A stretch of 64,000 bases of DNA from Chthonomonas sp. (lineage in GTDB: Bacteria > Armatimonadota > Fimbriimonadia > Fimbriimonadales > Fimbriimonadaceae): NCBI GenBank assembly GCA_045862995.1, contig BTVX01000015.1:17259-81258 (forward strand). The letters run 5' to 3'. A program made the translations under genes and the position numbers. The notes under the pieces are model-generated. The model searched no databases. It was not told the DNA's origin and was given only the letters and a program-made list of their open reading frames with translations. Of this stretch, positions 17,776-26,423 are shown piece after piece. The stretch's first letter is position 1, and every line of letters starts with the position of its first letter.

Positions 17776-19116
17776 TCAGCGGCAGTACAGGTCAAAGTAC
17801 ATGTCCGCCTGTTGGTCCGTCATCAACGCTACGGTATCGCATACCAGCCTCATGGTCTGTCTCTCCGCGAGGGGTGAACCCGAGCTCCTGATCACGTGGT
17901 CCAGCGGCGCGAAAAGGTAAGAGAACCGCTCCCCGCCACGGAGTTTGTCCGGGAGGGCCGTGTCGGCGATGAAGTCGAACAGTCCCCTAAGGCGTCTCCT
18001 GGCCCTCGCGTGCATGACGCCCAACTCGCGGTGCCGGTTGATGACCTCAATCCGGGTGAGTCCCTTCAGGATCGTGATCAGCGATCCGGCCCATTGGCTT
18101 CTCTGCGCACACCTCCAGCATGCACGACCTGCCACCTCTCCTCTCGCAAACTCCGTGAGCTGGAAGGGGCGTTCAGGAAAGGGCACGTTCGGGAAGACGA
18201 GCGCATCAAGAATCCGATTGACCCACATGCACAGTTGCAGCTCCGAGTTGGTCGAGCCATCGTGTTTCGATGGAACTTGCTCTCTAAAGTATGCCTTCCA
18301 GATTCCACGCCACACGCCTCCGTTCGGATCCTCACCAAGTTTCTCCACGTAGCTGGAGAAGCGCCCCCAGTCATCCAGCTCGTTAAGGTTGATCATGCCC
18401 ATCCGGTGAAAGTCGGACACGTCCTGCGTCGTGTAAACGACGTCGTCGGAGTAGTCCATGATTTCGCACTCAGCCGTTCGCACGGGTTCGCCCAGCGGGA
18501 GTCCTTCGCTGATCCAATTCCATGCGCTGGCGTCCAGTTCGTCCTCATAGGCGCTGTACTTGCCCGAGTGCCCCTGAAACGGATACTTGAGCACGGACGC
18601 GAGCGCGGCCCGGGTGACGTTTAGCCCCAAGGGCTGAGCCACATCGGCGATTGGAAGAGCCAGGACGCCTAGAATCCGAAACGACTGAGCGTTTCCTTCG
18701 TACCCCAACTCACCCATGATATCGCAGAGGACCTCCTCCCCCACATGACCGTATGGTGGGTGCCCAAAGTCGTGCGCCAAGCCCGCAAACTCGGCGACAT
18801 TGCGGTCAAGCGAGTGAGACGCCGCAACGTCCTCGTTCTCCCTTAGCTCCAGCGTGGCGAGTCGGCGCGCAAACTGGCCGACCTCCAAACTGTGGGTGAG
18901 CCGGTTGTGCGCGCGAGTCTCGGGGCTGGGCGAGACGATCTGAGCGACGCCGCCGAGTCGTGCCAAGAAGGGCGAATAGATGAGCTTGTCACGGTCCTTC
19001 TCAAACACCGTGCGTCCCACACGCTCATCCTCGCTTGGCGGACCGTAGCGCCGCTCACGTCGTAGCAAGTCGCTGAAGGTTGGTTTGCAGTGCAGCGTCT
19101 GGATCGTTCTCGACAC
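17776..19116 (-). CDS. dGTPase-like dNTP triphosphohydrolase (HD domain)
   Basis: 446 aa with FEKDRDKLIYSPFLARLGGVAQI, HNRLTHSLEV and AHDFGHPPYGH, the Dgt-family HD motifs. Third-position codon usage is visibly less GC-rich than in neighbouring genes. Confidence 0.85.
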   Translation of the reverse strand: MSRTIQTLHCKPTFSDLLRRERRYGPPSEDERVGRTVFEKDRDKLIYSPFLARLGGVAQIVSPSPETRAHNRLTHSLEVGQFARRLATLELRENEDVAASHSLDRNVAEFAGLAHDFGHPPYGHVGEEVLCDIMGELGYEGNAQSFRILGVLALPIADVAQPLGLNVTRAALASVLKYPFQGHSGKYSAYEDELDASAWNWISEGLPLGEPVRTAECEIMDYSDDVVYTTQDVSDFHRMGMINLNELDDWGRFSSYVEKLGEDPNGGVWRGIWKAYFREQVPSKHDGSTNSELQLCMWVNRILDALVFPNVPFPERPFQLTEFARGEVAGRACWRCAQRSQWAGSLITILKGLTRIEVINRHRELGVMHARARRRLRGLFDFIADTALPDKLRGGERFSYLFAPLDHVIRSSGSPLAERQTMRLVCDTVALMTDQQADMYFDLYCR

Positions 19117-19130
19117 GGCCTCCCCGCTCT

Positions 19131-19379
19131 CTACGAAAGGCGGCGCGAGTCCTCAAGCCGCCGGATCTCGCCCTCGCCCGAGATACTCACTTGATGATCG
19201 TACAGCAGCCAGAGGAGGGCCGTCCGCCACTGAGAATCGGTTGGCTTGATAGCCAGCTTTCGGTACGTCGCCGCTTTGGCTTCTTCCAGTGCCATCGGCT
19301 CATGGAGGATGCCAAGCAGTTCATCGCAAATCGGTTGCGTGTCCCTCAGGGACAGTCCTTTGTCGAGTGTCGTGGCCAT
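19131..19379 (-). CDS. Small hypothetical protein (82 aa) 14 nt upstream of the dGTPase-like gene
   Basis: ORF on the same strand, with the tight spacing of an operon. No recognisable motif. Confidence 0.45.
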   Translation of the reverse strand: MATTLDKGLSLRDTQPICDELLGILHEPMALEEAKAATYRKLAIKPTDSQWRTALLWLLYDHQVSISGEGEIRRLEDSRRLS

Positions 19380-19562
19380 CCTGACGTTCTTACCTCACAT
19401 CCGCTACCGGAGTCATACCCTACCGAAGGGACGGGCGAGCACCCTCACTTAGGAGCGGGATTGATCGGCCCTGGGGAAGACTAGGGCTCGCGTCCTCCCG
19501 TGCCGAAAGACTCCAGCGCTACTATCCCTGCAAATCTGGGATGTTGTGCCAGAATTGCTGGG

Positions 19563-20726
19563 ATGATCGAGCGCAAACTCGTCTCACGAGTGCGGGGCAG
19601 TCTGGACCGATTCCCTGCCGTTGCCCTGCTTGGTCCGCGCCAAGTAGGCAAAACCACGCTGGCCAGGACGTCCCTCGACCTGCCCCACGTCTATCTCGAC
19701 CTGGAAAGCCCCTCGGATCTGGCCAAACTCGAAGATGCCGAGGGCTACTTGCGGATGCATGCGGGGAAGTTGGTCGTGTTGGACGAGGTCCAGCGCAAGC
19801 CGGGGATCTTTCAGGTCTTGCGCGGCCTGATCGACCAGCGCATCTTGAGTGGCGCCGGGGCGGGCCAATACTTGCTACTGGGTTCGGCAGCGATCGACCT
19901 CCTCAAGCAGTCGAGCGAAACGCTGGCTGGCCGCATCGCCTACCTTGAACTGGGCGGTCTGCGGGCCGACGAGGTCAAGCCAAGCGCCCTGACCGACCTC
20001 TGGAACCGAGGAGGATTCCCGCCCAGCCTGCTCGCTCGAAGCGATGCCGAGAGCGCGGATTGGAGGGAGAACTTCATCCGGTCGTACCTGGAACGAGACA
20101 TCCCCGCGCTCGGACCCCGTGTCCCGTCCGAGACGTTGCGCCGTTTTTGGACCATGCTCGCCCATCGCCAGGGCTCGCCCCTCAACGCGGCAGAACTCGC
20201 CCGCAGTTTGAGCGTCGACGCCACGACGGTCGCGCGTTATCTGGACCTACTGGTTGATCTGTTGCTCGTGAGGCGACTGATGCCCGTGCACTCCAACGCT
20301 GGCAAGCGCCTGGTGAAGTCCCACAAGACATACGTGCGCGACAGCGGTTTGGCCCACACGCTCCTTCGGCTGGACACGACCGATGCCGTGCTGGGCCACC
20401 CGGTCGCGGGCTTAAGTTGGGAAGGATTCGTGATCGAAAACCTGCTCGCCGCATCGCCTCCAAGGACGGATTCCGGCTTCTACCGAACCGCGACAGGGGC
20501 CGAGGCCGACTTGGTGCTCGACATGCCGAACGGTCGCCGTTGGGCCGTCGAGATCAAATTGGGAACCGACCCCACCGTCGGCCGAGGCTTCTGGAATGCG
20601 ATCGAGGACTTGAGGCCCGACCGAGCGTTCGTCGTGTACGGTGGATCCGAGCGCTATCCCAAAGGCAAGGGCGTTGAGGCGGTCGGACTGCCCGAATTGA
20701 TGTCTGAACTCTCCCATCAGGCGTAA
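19563..20726 (+). CDS. AAA-family ATPase with DUF4143 domain
   Basis: Internal ATG of ORF 19500..20726, MIERKLVSRV.. Walker A is LLGPRQVGKTTL and Walker B is LVVLDEVQ. The C-terminal DUF4143-type block is ..KRLVKSHKTYVRDSGL.. Paralog of 58860..60017. Confidence 0.85.
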   Translation: MIERKLVSRVRGSLDRFPAVALLGPRQVGKTTLARTSLDLPHVYLDLESPSDLAKLEDAEGYLRMHAGKLVVLDEVQRKPGIFQVLRGLIDQRILSGAGAGQYLLLGSAAIDLLKQSSETLAGRIAYLELGGLRADEVKPSALTDLWNRGGFPPSLLARSDAESADWRENFIRSYLERDIPALGPRVPSETLRRFWTMLAHRQGSPLNAAELARSLSVDATTVARYLDLLVDLLLVRRLMPVHSNAGKRLVKSHKTYVRDSGLAHTLLRLDTTDAVLGHPVAGLSWEGFVIENLLAASPPRTDSGFYRTATGAEADLVLDMPNGRRWAVEIKLGTDPTVGRGFWNAIEDLRPDRAFVVYGGSERYPKGKGVEAVGLPELMSELSHQA

Positions 20727-20762
20727 CGTCGGCCAGCAACGATGTGTGAAATCTCGCGCGGG

Positions 20763-22330
<1,568 letters not shown>

Positions 22331-22333
22331 AGC

Positions 22334-22741
22334 ATGGCGACGTTCACGCTCTCGGTGGTGGCTCCGGATCGCGCGGTCGTCGAGACCGAAGCCACTTCGG
22401 TCATCGCCCCGGGCGTTGACGGCTACTTCGGCGTGATGGCCAGCCACGTGCCGATCGTCTCGGTGTTGCGCGCCGGGCTCTTGGAATACCAAGACGCCAA
22501 CCTGCAGCGCAACTTCGTGGCGATCGGCGGCGGCTTCGCCGAGTTCTCGGGCAACAAGATGACCATCTTGGCCGACTCGGCCGACCTCGCCGAAGAAGTG
22601 GATGTGGCGCGCGAAACCGCAGCCCTCGAACGGGCGCGCAAGGCGCTTCGGGGCGAGGATTCGACGATGACCGCCGAGCAAGCCACGGCCGAACTCGATC
22701 GCGCCATGAACCGCCTCAAAGCGGCGAAAGCGAAGAACTAA
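22334..22741 (+). CDS. atpC: F1 ATP synthase epsilon subunit
   Basis: 135 aa starting 3 nt after atpD, MATFTLSVVAPDRAVVETEATSVIAPGVDGYFGVMASHVPIVSVL, the AtpC beta-sandwich pattern. Confidence 0.9.
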   Translation: MATFTLSVVAPDRAVVETEATSVIAPGVDGYFGVMASHVPIVSVLRAGLLEYQDANLQRNFVAIGGGFAEFSGNKMTILADSADLAEEVDVARETAALERARKALRGEDSTMTAEQATAELDRAMNRLKAAKAKN

Positions 22742-22757
22742 GCGCGGCCCAAAACGG

Positions 22758-23963
22758 TCACGGCGTGCGGCACCACGGGAGCCCGTAACCGTACTTCCAA
22801 CTCTGCGGCAACATGCGGTCCGAGGCCGTCTTGAGCGGGTTCAAGCTCGCCGAAGCCGCCACCCTGGCCGTCAGGTCGCCGACGTGCAGGTTCTCCATGC
22901 GCCGGCCCACGGTGTGCGTACCCAGCATCGCCAAGTCGAACCGTGTGAACCGCCTACCAGCCAAATCAAACGTGGCATAGGCCATCATCCGGCCCTCGTA
23001 AGAATCCTTGCACCACTCCGAATCGGCACGCATGGTGTACGTGCCCTCGATCTCGAGGTCCATCAGGTCGCCGCGCCGGGCAACCACCCGCGAAACCGTC
23101 TTGCCGCCCACGATGTGCTCCTCCCACCACGCGCTCTGGCCCGCCTGATGGTGGCTGAGCAACACCAGTCGCGTCCGCGCGGGGCCCGTGACCTCGGTCG
23201 CTCGCCCGTCGGCGGGAATAAACGCGCGCCATTCGCTCGGTTTGAACCACAACCGGTCCAAATGGAAGTACATCGGGTGCCGCTGGTCGAACGAGGTCAT
23301 GCCTTTGAACGGTAGCCCCCGGCTCGAAATGCGGAGGTCCAGTGTGCCCTCGGGCTTGGAGAACTGCTCCTCTTCGAACCGCATGCGGTCCTTGTCGCCC
23401 AAGGGTTGGGCCAGCCGTCGCTCGGCCGGGTTCAGCCTGGAATAGGCTGCTTTGGCTTCGCGCATGCCTTGCAGGATGCCGTCGGCGTCGGGGTCGGGCC
23501 AACCCTTGTTGAGGTAGCCCAACGATGCCCCGGCGGACGACATCGCGTACAGACCCTGCTGCGGCAACCCTCGGGTCCCTTTCGAGAGGATGCGCCATTC
23601 GCCCGTCTCGCGTTGGCCGCGGTCGCGGTAGCGGACGTCGTCGCCGGCGTAGACGATGAAGTTCTCTCGCGCGTAGGCGAGAAGATCGGGGCGAGTCCAG
23701 ACAAACTGCCTGGTCTTGACGCCGTTCTGTCAGCAGTGGCCGCGCGGATCGCCGAAGTACATCCAGAGCAGGATGGGCTTGTCGGCTTCTCGCGCGGCGT
23801 TGATCGCCTCGTGGATGCTGCTCTTCCAATCCAGGCTCATGAACCCGAGATCCGAGGGGCTCGGCTGAGCGTAGGCCTGCACCTGGGCGAACGTCGAAGC
23901 GTTCAACTGGGTGGGCGGCGATACGGTCTGGCTCGCCAAGGCAAGGAGCAACGCGGTCAGCAT
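22758..23963 (-). CDS. Secreted thioredoxin-fold protein interrupted by one in-frame TGA (23730-23732): candidate selenoprotein, otherwise a disrupted gene
   Basis: ORFs 23730..23963 (MLTALLLALASQ..ADKPILLWMYFGDPRGHC-TGA) and 22758..23567 share one frame. The bridge between them has no stop and reads QNGVKTRQFVWTRPDLLAYARENFIVYAGDD, continuing a Thioredoxin_7-like pattern. Confidence 0.5.
23690..23723 (-). promoter_or_regulatory. SECIS-like hairpin starting 7 nt after the in-frame UGA
   Basis: RNA GGCGUCAAGACCAGGCAGUUUGUCUGGACUCGCC folds into 3+3+4 bp. It has a 2-nt bulge, one A.G mismatch and a 10-nt apical loop CCAGGCAGUU(U) containing GG. Confidence 0.35.
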
Positions 23964-23974
23964 CGGATGCACGT

Positions 23975-25183
23975 TTAGACGAGCTTCTTGAACTGGTGTT
24001 TCCCGACTCGCAGCACTTTTCCGCTCAAATCGCCGAGCGCGAAGTGTGCGGTCATGTCGTTGACCTTCTCGCCGTCCAAGCTCACCGCGCCCGCTTCGAT
24101 GAGTCTGCGCGCCTTGCTGTTGGATTCGGCCATGCCGAGCGCGGCGATCAATGCGGCCAGGGGCACCCCTCGGTCGCCGTTCAACTCGGCGGGAATCTCG
24201 GCCTCTTCGGCTTCGACGGGCTGACGCTTCTTGCTGAACGTCTCCAAGAAGTAGCGGTCGGCGGCTTCGGCGGCCTCGGCGTCGTGGTACAGCGTCACAA
24301 TCTCCCGCGCCAGCCGCCGCTTGGCGTCGCGCGGGTTCATCGAACCGTCGGCGCACGCCTTCGTCATCGCGCCGATCTCGGCGAGCGGCACATCCGTGCA
24401 CAGCACGAACCAGTTCTCCAGGATCGCGTCCGGGATGGACATCGTCTTGCCGTACATGTCGTTCGGCGTATCCACCACCGAAACGTAGTTGCCCAGCGAC
24501 TGGGACATCTTCTCGACCCCGTCGGTCCCCACGAGCAACGGCATAAGCAGCACGACCTGCGGCTCCTGGCCGTACTGGTTCATCAGCGTGCGCCCGACCA
24601 GGTTGTTGAACTTCTGGTCGTTGCCGCCCAGCTCGACGTCGGCGTTGATCTGCACCGAATCGTAGCCCTGACACAGGGGATAGAGGATTTCGTGCAACGC
24701 GATCGGGCGGTTGTCGGTCCACCGCTTGGTGAAGTCGTCCCGCTCCATAATGCGGGCCACCGTGGTGCGCGAGGCGAGCCGGATCACGTCCTCGAACGTC
24801 ATCGCGCCGAGCCAGTCCCGGTTGAAGAAGATCTCGGTCTTGTCCGGGTCGAGGATCTTGTAGACCTGCTTGGTGACCGCATCAACGTTGGCCTGGACCT
24901 CTTCGCGGCTGAGTTGCTTGCGCGTTTTGCTCTTACCGCTCGGGTCGCCGATCTGGGCGGTGAAGTCGCCGATGATCAGGCAGGCCGTATGGCCGAGCCG
25001 CTGGAAGTCGCGAAGCTTGCGCAAGACGACCGCCCAGCCGAGCGTGACGTCCTTGGCCGTAGGGTCCACGCCGAGCTTGACGCGCAAAGGACGGCCGAGT
25101 TTGAGCTTGGCCGCCAGGTCTTCTTCGCTGATGATCTCGGTCGCGCCGCGACGCAAGATGTCGAGCTGTTGCTCGAGGGTCAT
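23975..25183 (-). CDS. tyrS: Tyrosyl-tRNA synthetase
   Basis: Internal ATG of ORF 23975..25543, MTLEQQLDILRRG.. HIGH-like GVDPTAKDVTLGW, ..GGNDQKFN.., KMSKS-like EKMSQSLGN, and a C-terminal S4 domain. Confidence 0.95.
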   Translation of the reverse strand: MTLEQQLDILRRGATEIISEEDLAAKLKLGRPLRVKLGVDPTAKDVTLGWAVVLRKLRDFQRLGHTACLIIGDFTAQIGDPSGKSKTRKQLSREEVQANVDAVTKQVYKILDPDKTEIFFNRDWLGAMTFEDVIRLASRTTVARIMERDDFTKRWTDNRPIALHEILYPLCQGYDSVQINADVELGGNDQKFNNLVGRTLMNQYGQEPQVVLLMPLLVGTDGVEKMSQSLGNYVSVVDTPNDMYGKTMSIPDAILENWFVLCTDVPLAEIGAMTKACADGSMNPRDAKRRLAREIVTLYHDAEAAEAADRYFLETFSKKRQPVEAEEAEIPAELNGDRGVPLAALIAALGMAESNSKARRLIEAGAVSLDGEKVNDMTAHFALGDLSGKVLRVGKHQFKKLV

Positions 25184-25218
25184 GGGTGGGCCGAGTGTAC
25201 CGCGAGGAGGTACGTCCC

Positions 25219-25731
25219 TCAGGCGGTGAGAACGCAGCCGCACTCGAGACGGATCTCGACAGGCCCGACGTGCTTGACCGACCCACCGCGCCGAAAGTGG
25301 TGGACGATGCCCGTCTCCGGGTCGGCGACGACCACGTCGAGCACGCCGTTGCTCAAGTAGAGCGGTGCGCCGACGTCGAGGTCCTTGGCCTCGAAGCCGG
25401 GCGAGAGCACCTCGACGACCGCCTTGGGCACCAAACGCAACGCGTGACGCTCGGGAGCCGGCCGCTCGCAAAGGATCATCAGATCGGGCCGCTTGAGCGA
25501 GCCGTCGGGCAGCAACACGTAGGTGTCGGCCAACGTGTAGCACCCGCAGCCCGAGGTACCGGGTGCCTGGCCGATGCTCCGGTCAATGTCCCGGACCTTC
25601 ATCTGGTGCACGGGCGAGGGCAAGAACTCCCATGTGGGGGTGCCCTGACCCAGTTCCAGCTTGACCCCGACGTCTTCGGCGGCGACCAGCCGCTCGAAGA
25701 GGTCTTGGATGCCGGTCTGTTCTGTGATCAC
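25219..25731 (-). CDS. Uma2-family (DUF820) restriction-endonuclease-fold protein
   Basis: 170 aa with ..PDLMILCERP.. and ..AVVEVLSPG....D...K...Y...GV, characteristic of Uma2. Confidence 0.7.
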   Translation of the reverse strand: MITEQTGIQDLFERLVAAEDVGVKLELGQGTPTWEFLPSPVHQMKVRDIDRSIGQAPGTSGCGCYTLADTYVLLPDGSLKRPDLMILCERPAPERHALRLVPKAVVEVLSPGFEAKDLDVGAPLYLSNGVLDVVVADPETGIVHHFRRGGSVKHVGPVEIRLECGCVLTA

Positions 25732-25777
25732 GACTTCATTCTAGCCGCAGTCGCCGCCAAGCCCCAGTTTCAACGGG

Positions 25778-26323
25778 TCACCCTTCCAGAGGTATCCCGT
25801 TCGCGTCGTTCATCGAGCCGGTCAGGATTCGAACCAGGTCCACCAGAGCCCAGATGCCCGTGATGATGCCGCCATAGCCACACGTCAGGACCGTGATCAG
25901 GGCCATCGCGACGCCCGTGTTCGTATCCCCAAGGTAGAACCGATGGACCCCGAAGGCCCCGGCAAAGAACGCCAAAGCCGCAGCCACCCACCGATTTCGC
26001 CGTCCCAGCGAAGAAGCCAGCGGGTTCGAGCTGGGCACCTGAACGTAGTTGTGAACTTGGACGATCGGCGTTCCGGGCGGCACGTTCGGGGGCAGCGCCG
26101 TCACCGTGGGCGGAGCGATCGGAGGCGGAATCGCGGCGAGCAGGTCGGCCAACTCGGGGAGGTTTTGGGCTTGTACCTGGGTCTGGGTGTAGGCGTCCAC
26201 GAGGATCGTCGTCCGCAGAATGCGCCCTTGCGAGCACCACTGCCTCAGGGTCGCGGTGTCGGCAGGGCCGTAATGCTGGCCATCGGGACCGTAGACGTAA
26301 TACACCTGTATTTCAGGATACAC
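25778..26323 (-). CDS. GYF_2 (DUF4339) plus TM2 domain membrane protein
   Basis: N-terminal YYVYGPDGQHYGPADTATLRQWCSQGRI (GYF-like), a Pro-rich linker, and a C-terminal TM2 domain (FFAGAFGVHRFYLGD...GIWALVDL). Confidence 0.75.
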   Translation of the reverse strand: MYPEIQVYYVYGPDGQHYGPADTATLRQWCSQGRILRTTILVDAYTQTQVQAQNLPELADLLAAIPPPIAPPTVTALPPNVPPGTPIVQVHNYVQVPSSNPLASSLGRRNRWVAAALAFFAGAFGVHRFYLGDTNTGVAMALITVLTCGYGGIITGIWALVDLVRILTGSMNDANGIPLEG

Positions 26324-26375
26324 CGGAGCCGACCGAACTCAACTCTCCGCCGGCGGAGGGGAATCTGCATCACCA

Positions 26376-26410
26376 CCGAACCAAACCGAACCAAACCGAA
26401 CCAAGCCGAA
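26376..26410. repeat. Tandem decamer CCGAACCAAA x3.5
   Basis: ccgaaccaaa ccgaaccaaa ccgaaccaag ccgaa, in the intergenic region between the sdhA stop (26424) and the next start (26323). Confidence 0.9.
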
Positions 26411-26423
26411 CGAGAAGCCCCGC

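Noticed and set aside
26376-26410. Tandem repeat considered as a CRISPR or minisatellite array
   Set aside because: The units are only 10 nt long and directly abutting with no spacers, and no cas genes are present. Recorded as a simple tandem repeat only.
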